From IMG/VR virus record IMGVR_UViG_3300029915_000003: a DNA stretch of 64,000 nucleotides; one strand, written 5' to 3'. Positions 11,601 to 21,424 of the stretch are shown piece after piece. How positions within the stretch are numbered: the stretch's first letter is position 1; each line of letters starts with the position of its first letter. Origin of the DNA: a virus. The notes below the pieces were generated by a model that was given only the letters and a program-made list of their open reading frames with translations, was not told the DNA's origin and did not search any database. A program made the translations under genes and the position numbers.

Positions 11601-14315
11601 GTACAGTTTGGCAATTCAAATGATTTTAGTCAATACAAGATATTTGCCCATCCAAGGACCTATCTCCAATACCCTCCAAGTTCCAATACGGAAACTCAAG
11701 GAATGTTGTTTAGATTAAATACCTATGGTTCTTCAGCGGGTACATTCTATAATAACCAGAACAACTTTAGTGGAAATACCTACGTTCAGTACGTAAATCC
11801 ACCGGTACCCAACGCTCCTGTAACTGTTACTGCTGGACCGCAAGTAAGTGGTACGCCCCCTTACAATCTAGATGGATTTGTAATTAATATAGCCCTACCA
11901 TCAACTCCCCAATTAACTGGATTCCAACCCCAACCCTTATGGGCTGCGGAGTACATAGCTGGCTCTTCAACCTCACCCCAAGGTGCAGCCATTATGATGT
12001 GTGGCGTTACTGGAAATGCCACGTATATTAGTTCTAATCTTTGGAGTTTTTCAGTTACAGCTAATGCTTATACCGGAAATCATCACTTCAAAAATGGGGA
12101 CTATTTTTATATATTTTCTGGTTCTGGATTACCTGCGGGCCAATGCCAAGTTCAAGCTGCTGGATTAACTTCTACTGGTTTTGAGTTTGTTTATGTAATT
12201 GCAAATGGAAGCACGGCAAGTTCAACCAACTCCGTATTGGTTGCCATACCCAACCCCACATACGTACCGGCCACGCCAGCTTGGGGTACCGGAGCGGGAC
12301 CTGGAGATTTGATGTCCTTTTATGGGGCTGGATTCAACAATGCTTTTCTCGATAATGCATTTAGAATCAAAGCCATGGATAATACCAATAGGTTGTGGGT
12401 ATTAATTTATGGTGATTACACTTTGTTTGCATCCTTGGGTACGACCTTAAACTACACGACCCTACAACAACCCAACTCACTCTACGCTCCAGACCTTAGC
12501 CAAACAACTGCCAATTCTGCATTTGCCAACCTAATAAATAGTGCCCCTGGCAATCAATGGGTGACAGCGGCTGCTCCAGTCTGGACTCTTAGCGCCGGAC
12601 CAGTCACTCAAGTGAGTGAATCATCTAGCGATCGTTTGTGGTTTCTCGGAGACACCTATTTTGACCAGGGTTTATTTACAGGAGGGGATTTCTATGTGGA
12701 ATCGTCTGTATACAACCCAGGTTCAGCACCAAATGAATACCAATTACAAAGTGGTGTTTTCGCTACGGTCCCAAATCCATCCAACTCGGCATGGGCTACA
12801 AACGAAGACTGGCCATACGAAACAGCATATTTAGTGCCAGTAACCATTAAAAGTTTATTGAATTACCTTAATAATCTCTCCATTAATGGTATTAGTAATA
12901 CCGGGAACGTAGAAGCCGCCAATAATATGTTGGAACTACAGATTAATACCGACACTATTGGATCTACCGGTAGTGTGCAAATATCTGCCACTAAGGGCAA
13001 TACCGCTACCGCCTCTGTGGTTGGTATGGCCACGCCCCAACTTAATGGTAATTGTACCATGTTCGATGTAGAGACTTCCCAAGCGTTGGGTTTCTGTGCC
13101 AATCAATGGGTTTCTTTACAAAATACTACTCCGGTATCGTTGAACCTAGGTTTTGGTTCAACATCAACAATGACGGTTACCAATCCAACATCAACAACCA
13201 GTAGTCTTACGGTTGGTACTGCTGGTCAATGGGGAACCCAACTTGCTGATATATCGGGAGGAATATGGAGAGTAGAAAAACAAGGTAATTTCGCTTGCTA
13301 TATACTAATGCCCGATAATTATTCCAGTTTTGGTGGACCAGACGAGCTATGCTGGGTTAATTTTGCAGATTCTGGTCTTCCGGCTGGGAATCAGGGATAT
13401 TTCCGTATAGTAAACTTCGTAAACAATGGTTCTTCTGGAGCCTTCAAACGTAACGCTATTTGGGTTGAAAATCCAAATGCGGTCGAGGGTGTTTATACTA
13501 TTTCAGACGTATTTATTTACGACCAAAATTCAGTACGACCAGGAGACACTCTAAATATAAATGGAACAGTGCTTGGTGCGTCTGTTTCGGGGAGTTATAA
13601 AGTATCTGAAATCACAGATGCCGGAACCGTAACAACCATAACAGTTACCGGAAACATACCAGCCCAAGGACCTGTAACCCTATCGGGTTCAACTTATGGT
13701 CAATTCCAGGTAGTACCTCAAAAACCAGCTAGATTAATTGAAAAGCTAGCATACGTTCAACCGGATGGAGCCAATATTGGTTATACATTAATGGGTATTT
13801 GCTCCGGAAACGGGTCAGAATACATCTCTGCGGCCCTGGGAACGGTAGTGACAGCCTTGGACAAGCTAGATTTCAATACGGATCTTCTAAGTGGTATCGA
13901 TGCCTACAGAGTAAATACAGGTCTAATAGCCCAATGCAACAAAATAGTATATGGAGATCCATCCGATACGGTAACATTTCCAGGAGTATTAAGCTCTGGT
14001 ACCAATATAAATATAAATGGTCCAATTGTAACCAGGGTTGTATTAAGCATGGCTGTTAGAATAGTTCAAGGAATCCAAAACAACATCGTTCCTCAAGTAC
14101 AGAACGCTGTTACTCAGTTGATTAATTCAAACACCATAGGAACTCCAATAGCTCTAAGCTCAATAATCGATGCGGCCAGCAATGTTCCAGGAGTGGAATC
14201 GGTCGTAATGATATCTCCCCCCTTAACAGATTCTACAGATACCATTTCGGTTCAACCATACGAAAAGGCTATGGTAATTAACGTAAACGATATAGCGGTA
14301 AGTGTGTTATCCTAA
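8619..14315 (+). CDS. giant baseplate wedge protein (baseplate J/gp6-like) with large beta-rich insertion
   Basis: N-terminal GLDQESEDSFRQRI and C-terminal IGTPIALSSIIDAASNVPGVESV are baseplate-J hallmarks; 1898 aa total. Confidence 0.75.
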   Translation: MANSPQPQPLSYQQLLGNSVNTLLTKLGLSGLTVGGPLLSVMETVATGQARTNADLFAMLASQDLDNCTGTALINRGADEGLTPINATYAQQNNLVITDTSFTPITSSVYQGAPAPIAGSSAVVILTNTSFPSTGAIYIGRGTLNYEGPLNYSSITNSGAYSTINLTTPTTRYHNKGESVILSQGGSRLIQTGTICSTQPNNNVSVAQYSILNDYTILDGDNTLGGIAIIALNPGSGGNAAANSITYFPTPPFNGATINNPQPLTNGLDQESEDSFRQRIKDVISSRNTGTNLAITTAVTGATAPDESAVVVSATTYASPVNTLYIDDGTGYEEKSEGIGLETIYVDPSGGSQYVGLTGGTPMAKAFVQTTIQEPYALVDGAELRVAVNGVAYSVFFDSYEFNNINNATAYEVVAAINNDPQAPFLARVCNVGNSVAIQAKADTDEDIQVVSALSTIDANNYLQFPLTHTYTLDLYKNDRLLSKDGVLAQVYSADQSVWGGISDGATLDIAIDGTSTQSITFTNADFIALGQLGVSASVPLSIWAQVFNNKIAGITATVQNGQLLVTSNAGPVSRAEVSIISGSLITSGMFIVQTAMGQPNDYTLNRNTATISLTNPLLIGDTLSAGSEYTRSYIKSQSFTTITTPTGTSNQWWVVDGNVNIIQTGLNNNISIAVTYNSARNSTTLTDSTFGTAFSTLSDGDWIIVWDPSLAGVGISGVFRVYSCNPASISFRQASTPTVGSITMSNNGVTALSCTAPIQKFTVSSSTTYSAATLLNLYLAQLEGVDVYQTNTTSLRVATKTWGTSGQIALVAADLNGQLLPFSTGIVSNQFYHYGFDVSKSVLGTPEFYWLGQTGSPSGSTIPVDYAQASFIGLQANYEDPIKLGIGPPTSAWNALLTSDKYSFNNIYDFTSTSITTDTITNPSITNDSLFLTNPFALLPTDTLDVVFDGDNTSKNYSVPLGYPVKPYSPSPSDVGWYQTNSYLTNPDGTSLNVQFGNSNDFSQYKIFAHPRTYLQYPPSSNTETQGMLFRLNTYGSSAGTFYNNQNNFSGNTYVQYVNPPVPNAPVTVTAGPQVSGTPPYNLDGFVINIALPSTPQLTGFQPQPLWAAEYIAGSSTSPQGAAIMMCGVTGNATYISSNLWSFSVTANAYTGNHHFKNGDYFYIFSGSGLPAGQCQVQAAGLTSTGFEFVYVIANGSTASSTNSVLVAIPNPTYVPATPAWGTGAGPGDLMSFYGAGFNNAFLDNAFRIKAMDNTNRLWVLIYGDYTLFASLGTTLNYTTLQQPNSLYAPDLSQTTANSAFANLINSAPGNQWVTAAAPVWTLSAGPVTQVSESSSDRLWFLGDTYFDQGLFTGGDFYVESSVYNPGSAPNEYQLQSGVFATVPNPSNSAWATNEDWPYETAYLVPVTIKSLLNYLNNLSINGISNTGNVEAANNMLELQINTDTIGSTGSVQISATKGNTATASVVGMATPQLNGNCTMFDVETSQALGFCANQWVSLQNTTPVSLNLGFGSTSTMTVTNPTSTTSSLTVGTAGQWGTQLADISGGIWRVEKQGNFACYILMPDNYSSFGGPDELCWVNFADSGLPAGNQGYFRIVNFVNNGSSGAFKRNAIWVENPNAVEGVYTISDVFIYDQNSVRPGDTLNINGTVLGASVSGSYKVSEITDAGTVTTITVTGNIPAQGPVTLSGSTYGQFQVVPQKPARLIEKLAYVQPDGANIGYTLMGICSGNGSEYISAALGTVVTALDKLDFNTDLLSGIDAYRVNTGLIAQCNKIVYGDPSDTVTFPGVLSSGTNININGPIVTRVVLSMAVRIVQGIQNNIVPQVQNAVTQLINSNTIGTPIALSSIIDAASNVPGVESVVMISPPLTDSTDTISVQPYEKAMVINVNDIAVSVLS

Positions 14316-14318
14316 TAT

Positions 14319-15662
14319 ATGGCATTTACAGTTACAAACTCAGTTCAAAATAGTAACTTTTCGATCAGGTTAACCTTTTCGTTGCCACCTAGAGCTTTAG
14401 GGGATGGAAACTTTGCCGATGCATTAAATCCTATAAATTATCTGATTAAATCACCAAGTGCGGCTACTGCTCCTACTAGCAACATAAATACAGTTCCAGG
14501 AGATCCTCTATCTATAGACTTGGTATTCACTCAAATATTAAACACGGGTAATTATCTGGTTCAAGTAGGACCCAATATCGAATCAGCGGGTAACTTACCG
14601 GAATCTATAGGTATTATTACCAATCTAACGGTGCCCATAGATATATCTATACCCCAAAGCCTTACGGTTGGAATAGACGCCCAAACAAGCGAAACGCAAT
14701 TAATGGATAATTTCAATTTAGCCCTTAGGGGTGACAATTGGACTGCCTTGATTTCTTCTTTGGCCGTTGGACAACAAGCCATATCTGAAAACTCAGAAGC
14801 TGTATTTAATCAATTATTCTACTCTACAGCTCAAGGACAATATCTAGACAAAAAGATGGCTGAGATTAACTTAACCAGACCTATAAATTTTGGTTTAAAT
14901 GATGAGGTATTTAGAGAAGTTGGATTGGTTACAAAAAACCATAAGCTGTTAAATAGTTCTATTTGGAAAATACTAGACGCCTATTACGGCGACAACGAAG
15001 TTAAAGTATTTCAAGAAACCACCACATTCCAACCATGGGCTCTATCCAATGGGCAGCAATTATTCATACAAATAGATGGTTTTCCAATGATTAAAGCAAC
15101 ATTTAATACGGCTAATTTTACAGATATAGCCAATGCCACAGCTATAGAATGTGCGGGAGTAATCAATAGAGCCTTTACGTTAAACAATATAAACGCTTAT
15201 GCTATAGATTATTTCAATCCAGAAGATTCAAATACATATTTACGTATATTTTCAAATACATACAGTTTGGCTGCGGACGTAAGGATATTGGGTGGTGAAG
15301 CTCAAAATGAGTTCCTTTTTGCTCTGTTGGTCGGAAGGTCGTTGGGAGAACTACCAACCGTTCCTACTTGGCATATAGTCCCTCAAGGCAACGGAATAGT
15401 TAGAATGACTTACTATGCTGGACCGACTCCTGATATTTCTGGGGTACAAGTAGGAGATTACCTTAATTTTTATGGTACAACAACAACTAATAGGGGTACC
15501 TGGGTTATAACAGCTATATATGTAGATCCAGTATCCAATACCTATTGGTTTGAATTTTTCAATCTAAATGGAGTTACAGAGACATTTATAGAATCCACAA
15601 ATACTGATTTGATGTTCTTTAGACCGGTTAGGGGAAGTGTTCAGAAGGGGTATGTAGTATAA
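14319..15662 (+). CDS. baseplate wedge protein (gpI/gp7-like), N-terminal part
   Basis: TAQGQYLD...LTRP...LNDEVFRE motif; follows the J-like gene. Confidence 0.55.
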   Translation: MAFTVTNSVQNSNFSIRLTFSLPPRALGDGNFADALNPINYLIKSPSAATAPTSNINTVPGDPLSIDLVFTQILNTGNYLVQVGPNIESAGNLPESIGIITNLTVPIDISIPQSLTVGIDAQTSETQLMDNFNLALRGDNWTALISSLAVGQQAISENSEAVFNQLFYSTAQGQYLDKKMAEINLTRPINFGLNDEVFREVGLVTKNHKLLNSSIWKILDAYYGDNEVKVFQETTTFQPWALSNGQQLFIQIDGFPMIKATFNTANFTDIANATAIECAGVINRAFTLNNINAYAIDYFNPEDSNTYLRIFSNTYSLAADVRILGGEAQNEFLFALLVGRSLGELPTVPTWHIVPQGNGIVRMTYYAGPTPDISGVQVGDYLNFYGTTTTNRGTWVITAIYVDPVSNTYWFEFFNLNGVTETFIESTNTDLMFFRPVRGSVQKGYVV

Positions 15663-16630
15663 TGTCAGATAATTCAATACTGGTTGTATTACCTGTAACT
15701 ACTACCTCTTTATCCAGGGAAGAGGGTACAGGCTCTTACCTGCACGCCTCCACTGTACACAACATAACAGACTATTCGATTACCATAGCCTCCAACCAAA
15801 CCACAGCCAGCATCATAGTGACTACGGTAGACAACCACGGCCTACAAGTTGGCGATTGGGTGTTTATCGATGGAGTACAATGGCCAGTCACTTTGGTTAG
15901 TGGAGATTGGGTTATCAATGGAAACGATCCATCCATTATTTTTGCTGCGGGTAGATTAAATGGATTATTCAGGGTCAGCATAATAGGTACCAGCACAATA
16001 TTTGGTTTTAATATAGAAAATACTATTTTAGGACCGTTACCAACCCAACATATTACCAATACAGGTACAGTGGCTGCTGTTGCACAACCAGTAAATACAG
16101 AGTTTCCGGGTCCTTATATATTTGATCCTGTCGATGGTATAAGTATAACCGATACCTCTACTGATATAGAACAATCAATTCCGGTTGGTTCCACCAATCC
16201 TGTCTTGACCGTATCATCTACAAACGGCTGGCCAAATACTCCTGGCTGGGTAGCCATAGGATATGGTTCTAGTTATTTCGATAGGCCGATTAAATATGTA
16301 GGAGTGCAAGATTCTACCCATTTACAAATAGACCCCAACTATGTTTTTCCAAAGAACATAAGTTCTGGTACAGACGTAACCTTACTATACAGCAAGGCTC
16401 CTTGGATTCCTCCCAATATAACGTCAGTAGGGGCTTTTTGGGCTACCGCCAATACAGCCGGAGTAAATGCAGCCATTACGGATATAACAGCCATAGTTGC
16501 TTCAGGAGTGGATTTGACCTTTGACGTTATTTATCCAGGAGATACAGGCTTGGGGGCCGCAGGTTATCCTACCAGTGGTAACGGTAAATTATCAAGTATT
16601 ACGCAGGTATACGATATTAACGGGGAATAA
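15662..16630 (+). CDS. baseplate/tail structural protein
   Basis: 322 aa beta-rich; TAATG-coupled to the upstream gene; HGLQVGDWVFIDG module shared with other virion proteins. Confidence 0.5.
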   Translation: MSDNSILVVLPVTTTSLSREEGTGSYLHASTVHNITDYSITIASNQTTASIIVTTVDNHGLQVGDWVFIDGVQWPVTLVSGDWVINGNDPSIIFAAGRLNGLFRVSIIGTSTIFGFNIENTILGPLPTQHITNTGTVAAVAQPVNTEFPGPYIFDPVDGISITDTSTDIEQSIPVGSTNPVLTVSSTNGWPNTPGWVAIGYGSSYFDRPIKYVGVQDSTHLQIDPNYVFPKNISSGTDVTLLYSKAPWIPPNITSVGAFWATANTAGVNAAITDITAIVASGVDLTFDVIYPGDTGLGAAGYPTSGNGKLSSITQVYDINGE

Positions 16631-17077
16631 ATGACCCAAGCTGCTTCCAATAAAGTAATGGGTGGTTCCCAAATACTGGTATTTATTAACGGATTTCCAT
16701 GGGGAAACTGCCGTAGCATAAGGTTGCGTATCGTAAACACATCCAAAAAGCTGTTTGGATTAGATAGCGCCTTTCCTTTTGATAACATCCCTACCACAAT
16801 ACAGGTAGATGGAACCATAGAACTATATAAACTGGTGGGGGATGGAGGGTTGGAGGGACAAGAAATAACAGCCCCTCCTCTTTTGGTTCAAAACTCCATG
16901 TTTGCCAGCATAATTTTAATAAACAGAATAAGCCAAGAAGTGATATTTCGTTCCGATACCTGTTTGGTCCAATCTCAAGATTGGGATATACCCTCCAGAG
17001 GTATAATTAGTGGGTCAGTAGGCTTTACGGCCATCGATTGGACCAGCGACGGTATCCAACTAGAAAGCACGATTTAA
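16631..17077 (+). CDS. tail tube-like protein (tube paralogue)
   Basis: 148 aa, all-beta pattern resembling the tail-tube fold; within the baseplate operon. Confidence 0.45.
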   Translation: MTQAASNKVMGGSQILVFINGFPWGNCRSIRLRIVNTSKKLFGLDSAFPFDNIPTTIQVDGTIELYKLVGDGGLEGQEITAPPLLVQNSMFASIILINRISQEVIFRSDTCLVQSQDWDIPSRGIISGSVGFTAIDWTSDGIQLESTI

Positions 17078-17088
17078 AAGGATAGACT

Positions 17089-17151
17089 ATGAAAAAACAA
17101 CAACTTGAAAATCCAAAAATGGCTAAAAAAGAACAAAAAGGCGGTATATAA
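17089..17151 (+). CDS. possible 20-aa micro-ORF (MKKQQLENPKMAKKEQKGGI)
   Basis: AAGGA upstream; fills the gap and its TAA overlaps the fibre ATG (TAATG). Confidence 0.3.
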   Translation: MKKQQLENPKMAKKEQKGGI

Positions 17152-19460
17152 TGTCTGTACTTAGAGCGGCTGCTTTATATAGTCAACAGCGCGTAGACGT
17201 TTCTACATTGCGGCTTTTTGACGCAGGAGTGCAAGGAGATTTTGACTGTTTAGCCGGTCAAATTATGAGTGGTAGGGATCCTTTGGTGATCAGAGGGGCT
17301 ACTATCAATCCAGCCGGTATTGGTGGTCCTCCTACGGCCCTACAATTAGACCTTTCCGATACAGCGCTGCTCCATTATGGAGCCACCTCTTCGGGAACCA
17401 TATTTTATACAGCTGAATCAGAGCCAGTACAAATACTATCCACCACAAATCCACTAATTGTTGGTTCCTTTACGGCAAATACAGTAAATTATGTTGGTTT
17501 GGATTTGGTCCGAATACCAGACGACACAACTGCCGACCAAGTAGCTTTTTTGATACCCAATTTGGATCAAGAAGTATACCGCGAAACAGATACAGGGCAA
17601 ATTCTACAATACCGTATTTACATTTCTACTACCCTTTTCGGTTCTAGTCCAAATGTTTGCCCGGTAGCTCAAGTCGCTGTAGATGACCGTGGCAACGTAA
17701 CGAGCATAGAGGACTGCCGACCCATGTCGTTCCGGCTAGGAAGCGGTGGAGACAGTCCTAGCGCCTCAAATAGCTATGTTTGGCCTTCGTCCACCCTGCG
17801 CTTAGTAGAACCAAATATAAGTTCGACCAGCACCAGCAATAATCCATTCGTTTCTGCTGATAAGTCTATTTACAGCCAAAAAGCTTGGCAAGATGCCGTA
17901 ATGTCTCGTATATGGGAAATAGGTGGTGGTAGCAATTGGTACAGCCCATCCACAGGTGCAAACGATGTTGTAACGGCCATAGGTGCTGGAGGTGGATTTA
18001 CCTATGTATCTCCAACACTTACATGGACCGGAATAACTGTTGGTTTTACAAATTCAAACGCCAACTACAATACCATTACAAATGGTACTGCCGATTTAAG
18101 CGCTACAGGTAGTGTACTTTACATACTATTAGACAGAAGCGATACCAGCCCTAGTACCGCTTTAGTTCCTGCTGTTTGTCAGTGGAACAACCTATACTTA
18201 CAGGGATCTGGGACTCCTGGAATCCCATATGCTTTGGCTTGGAATTTCAACGGTACGGTTTACGCTAGAGGAGATGGAAATCCAGTTCCTATTGTTTTAG
18301 GAGGGGTTGCTACGGTTAGCTCTGGAGGTACTGGCACTACTGGTATCGTTGAAATCTACAACGACCCCACTAGCTTATACACAAACAGTGGAACCTCCAG
18401 TACCTCCACCCCTATTGTACCGGTGATGTCTGGAGCCCATAGCGGACAAATATTAGCTCTAGGCTTAACACGTCCAGCTTCAGGAACAATAATGATTGGT
18501 GCCAATACCTATGATACTGGAGTGAGTATTGGTCAATCTGGATTTGGAACAAGTTTAACTTTAACTGGCGCTCTTAATCATCACAACTCAGTTTCATCAG
18601 GAGTTACATGGTTTCAGACAGACAACGTAATTGGTGGATATTCAGACGTGTTCCGGGGAAAAGCTGGAAATTCAACCACAAATGCCTTAATTGAGGTGGT
18701 TGGACAAACCCCTGGCGCTCAAATTAAACTAGAAAACGACTCTTCTACTTTATTGAGTTTGGTAGGAAATACAACCGCCTACCCTGCCGCTGGAACAGGA
18801 ACAGGAGCTACAAATACTGGTTCTCAAATCAATACGGGGACATCAGGCCCATTGGTTCTAGTTGGAGGTGGAGTGTCAACTAGCGGTCCTGGAGTGATTT
18901 TAAATACAGAAGCAGCGTTAGTAAGTGGGAAAGCTGTGTCTATTAGAAATTTCAACACAGAAATAGCATCAATAGACTATCAAGGTTATATAACAAGTGC
19001 CGGAAATCTAATTCCACCTCCAGGTGTTGGTATGTGTAATTATGCATCAGCCGCCGTAAGCGTTACAAATAGTCAAAGTCATTTATGGGTAGGTTCCGTA
19101 AGTGCAAACCCCGTAACACCAATTGGCGGTGTTACAATTTCTACAACCGCTGGAGCTACAAATGGAGCACTTACAATACCAGCGACTCAGGGTACATACA
19201 TAATAACCATTGGAGGGACGGCCCTTTTTTCAAGCGCTGCAAATTATACCTACTCAATTTATAACATGACTGTTGGTTCGGCATCTTTTACTGGAACAGT
19301 CACACTAAGCTCCACGGCAGCCGTCGTATTGTCTGGAGCCTATGTCTTCCAGCCACTTGGGATTTCAAATACATTTATTATTTCATTGGTAGCTGGTCTT
19401 GCTGGACCATACACTGTCACAAGTGATAGTTTGTTTTTAATGGCACAAAGAGTGGCTTAA
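17151..19460 (+). CDS. tail fibre / receptor-binding protein
   Basis: 769 aa Gly/Thr/Ser-rich at the end of the baseplate operon. Confidence 0.6.
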   Translation: MSVLRAAALYSQQRVDVSTLRLFDAGVQGDFDCLAGQIMSGRDPLVIRGATINPAGIGGPPTALQLDLSDTALLHYGATSSGTIFYTAESEPVQILSTTNPLIVGSFTANTVNYVGLDLVRIPDDTTADQVAFLIPNLDQEVYRETDTGQILQYRIYISTTLFGSSPNVCPVAQVAVDDRGNVTSIEDCRPMSFRLGSGGDSPSASNSYVWPSSTLRLVEPNISSTSTSNNPFVSADKSIYSQKAWQDAVMSRIWEIGGGSNWYSPSTGANDVVTAIGAGGGFTYVSPTLTWTGITVGFTNSNANYNTITNGTADLSATGSVLYILLDRSDTSPSTALVPAVCQWNNLYLQGSGTPGIPYALAWNFNGTVYARGDGNPVPIVLGGVATVSSGGTGTTGIVEIYNDPTSLYTNSGTSSTSTPIVPVMSGAHSGQILALGLTRPASGTIMIGANTYDTGVSIGQSGFGTSLTLTGALNHHNSVSSGVTWFQTDNVIGGYSDVFRGKAGNSTTNALIEVVGQTPGAQIKLENDSSTLLSLVGNTTAYPAAGTGTGATNTGSQINTGTSGPLVLVGGGVSTSGPGVILNTEAALVSGKAVSIRNFNTEIASIDYQGYITSAGNLIPPPGVGMCNYASAAVSVTNSQSHLWVGSVSANPVTPIGGVTISTTAGATNGALTIPATQGTYIITIGGTALFSSAANYTYSIYNMTVGSASFTGTVTLSSTAAVVLSGAYVFQPLGISNTFIISLVAGLAGPYTVTSDSLFLMAQRVA

Positions 19461-19469
19461 CGGAAAGGT

Positions 19470-19476
19470 AATTTTA
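19470..19476 (+). promoter_or_regulatory. putative late promoter motif AATTTTA
   Basis: Motif ends 7 nt before ATG 19484. Confidence 0.5.
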
Positions 19477-19483
19477 CTAAATT

Positions 19484-19882
19484 ATGGCTCAACCAACCAC
19501 TTTACAACAATTTAACGTAGCATTATCCTCCAACGGCGCTGCCAATGGAACCGTAGTTATTCCAACAAACAACGCATCTATGACTATGGTAGGAGCTACT
19601 GTGTTCTTGAACGACAGTACCAATACCATTGGGCAAGAATGCGTTGTAACGTCTGTAGACGGGACCACCGGTACGATAGGTATACGGTTTGTACGTAATG
19701 AGCAAACTACCAACAATGACTATGGTTTCGGTGGAAGCGCCAATTACGGACCGCCTCAATATGGCAGGACTAGTTGTGCGGCTTACCTAACAGCCAATAG
19801 TGCCTACATGTTACAGCCGGCCCAGCTATTGTTTAATGGTAAATCAGACGATAGCTCAACTGCTGGCCCTCTAACAACCTAG
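19484..19882 (+). CDS. putative virion structural protein
   Basis: 132 aa Thr/Asn/Gly-rich; preceded by the late-type motif. Confidence 0.5.
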   Translation: MAQPTTLQQFNVALSSNGAANGTVVIPTNNASMTMVGATVFLNDSTNTIGQECVVTSVDGTTGTIGIRFVRNEQTTNNDYGFGGSANYGPPQYGRTSCAAYLTANSAYMLQPAQLLFNGKSDDSSTAGPLTT

Positions 19883-19884
19883 AC

Positions 19885-20331
19885 CTATTTATGGCCCTTG
19901 CTGGTCATAAGGACACCCCAAGCATGATCTATTTCATGTTGTATACATTGAGCTTTTAAGCCCGTAGCTGTGTCGGTCCATGTAGTACCATGTGGGTCTT
20001 GGTAGGTTACCTTGATTTTATCAAATCTAGATACAAACAGATAATTACCTTTATCAGATAAACACCCTTCGTATTTTTCCACCAAAACACTTCTCGGAGT
20101 TGTAACCCAGGAAGCATTTATGTATACCTTTTTGATACCGTCAATATAGGTAACAAATACTTGTACCGGCACACCTATCTGTACGGCTGATAATCCAACT
20201 CCACCCTCTACCATTAAGGTGTCTTGAAGATTTTTGATTAAATCAAGGATTTCACTGTTAAATTCAGTAACAGGAGCCGACTTTTGGGAAAGTAACGGCT
20301 CTGATATAGAGAGAACTGGATATACAGCCAT
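19885..20331 (-). CDS. def: peptide deformylase
   Basis: All three PDF motifs: GVGLSAVQ, EGCLS, QHEIDH. Confidence 0.95.
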   Translation of the reverse strand: MAVYPVLSISEPLLSQKSAPVTEFNSEILDLIKNLQDTLMVEGGVGLSAVQIGVPVQVFVTYIDGIKKVYINASWVTTPRSVLVEKYEGCLSDKGNYLFVSRFDKIKVTYQDPHGTTWTDTATGLKAQCIQHEIDHAWGVLMTSKGHK

Positions 20332-20339
20332 GGTATTCC

Positions 20340-20624
20340 TTAAGGCAAGAAACCATCTGGAATGCTATTGTTGCTTAGATGGGCTCGTACTTCTTCTTGA
20401 CTTGGAGGAAGTCCAAGGACCTGAATTTTCTTGACCCACCGAAACGCATTCATTTGTGACTCAACTGTAGGTTTAGAGGAATTGTCAAAAAAATTACTGT
20501 AAACTTTATAGACTGGCCAGCCATCTTCCTTGCGTACTAACTCTCCTCGGTACTCAGCTACTATTTTGGTACCAGTAAATGGATCATTAACAAATACTTC
20601 GTATTGTTGCTTTGGAATTGCCAT
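20340..20624 (-). CDS. hypothetical protein
   Basis: 94-aa ORF with AAGGA RBS and own sigma70-like promoter. Confidence 0.6.
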   Translation of the reverse strand: MAIPKQQYEVFVNDPFTGTKIVAEYRGELVRKEDGWPVYKVYSNFFDNSSKPTVESQMNAFRWVKKIQVLGLPPSQEEVRAHLSNNSIPDGFLP

Positions 20625-20669
20625 GTGTTTTTCTTCCTTTTAGTTTAGTTAGGTAGAGACTACCCAAGC

Positions 20670-20697
20670 ACTATACCAGACTCTCAATAAAAGTCAA
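20670..20697 (-). promoter_or_regulatory. sigma70-type promoter
   Basis: TTGACT-16-TATAGT with TG extended -10 on the minus strand. Confidence 0.6.
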
Positions 20698-20804
20698 GGC
20701 TTGCGATTGGAATTGATTGCTTTTGTTAATGGGGCCAAAATAACCATTAACAACACAGAACCAAATACAAACTCAGCGATTAATAGCTTTTTAAGCTTAA
20801 ACAT
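20694..20804 (-). CDS. small membrane peptide (36 aa, MFKLKKLLIAEFVFGSVLLMVILAPLTKAINSNRKP)
   Basis: Hand translation; ATG overlaps the upstream TAA; one hydrophobic segment. Confidence 0.45.
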   Translation of the reverse strand: MFKLKKLLIAEFVFGSVLLMVILAPLTKAINSNRKP

Positions 20805-21115
20805 TACGCAGCCTTACGGAATTTACAATCCGAGCAGATCAAAAACACCTTAAATCCTAGATCGTGGACATCTAATTCCCCCTCACAATTAGGGCAGGGA
20901 GGCTTAGTAGAAGGTGGTTGGTCGAATGGCTCGTCTTCTTCTTCAAACGCTTCAGGAGACCCACCCTCGGCCCTAGATAGGGCCTTTCTAGCCTTAGCTA
21001 GCTGTCGGGTTAGGTGTTTGACTTCTGACTCGAGTTCCCTCTCTCGACGACTGAGTTTTGCTTCTCTGCTTGGACGATGTTGTGTTGCTTGCCTATTGAG
21101 AGTTCCATGTGCCAT
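20804..21115 (-). CDS. coiled-coil protein with C-terminal zinc ribbon
   Basis: CPNC...CSDC; start moved to ATG 21115, which has an AGAGG RBS. Confidence 0.6.
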   Translation of the reverse strand: MAHGTLNRQATQHRPSREAKLSRRERELESEVKHLTRQLAKARKALSRAEGGSPEAFEEEDEPFDQPPSTKPPCPNCEGELDVHDLGFKVFLICSDCKFRKAA

Positions 21116-21169
21116 GATGCCTCTTGTATATAAATTGTCTCTACAGAAGCGACAACCCAAGCAGAAAAG

Positions 21170-21412
21170 TTACTTCTTAACAACAGCCTCCATACGGACT
21201 ATCCAGTACCCATCTCTAAAATACATCTCCAAATAGTCAAACGGTTTTCCATCACAAAGAGCGTTGTTTGGGTCCATAAGGAATGTAAGCAAAATACCCC
21301 TCTCTTCCAGACCTTGAAGAGAAAGGGGTTCTTGACAAAAACTAGACTTCAAAACAGTAGAAATTTTCTTGCTACCGTAATCCAAATCTGAGGTATAAAC
21401 CTTGCGGTCCAT
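21170..21412 (-). CDS. hypothetical protein
   Basis: 80-aa ORF in operon, AAGGA RBS. Confidence 0.55.
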   Translation of the reverse strand: MDRKVYTSDLDYGSKKISTVLKSSFCQEPLSLQGLEERGILLTFLMDPNNALCDGKPFDYLEMYFRDGYWIVRMEAVVKK

Positions 21413-21424
21413 TCGATCCTTTAG

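Noticed and set aside
17151-19460. Diversity-generating retroelement acting on the tail fibre
   Set aside because: No reverse transcriptase and no template/variable repeat pair seen in the window.
3255-19882. Bacterial contractile injection system (eCIS/tailocin) rather than a phage
   Set aside because: Terminase, portal and a full phage replication module are in the same window.
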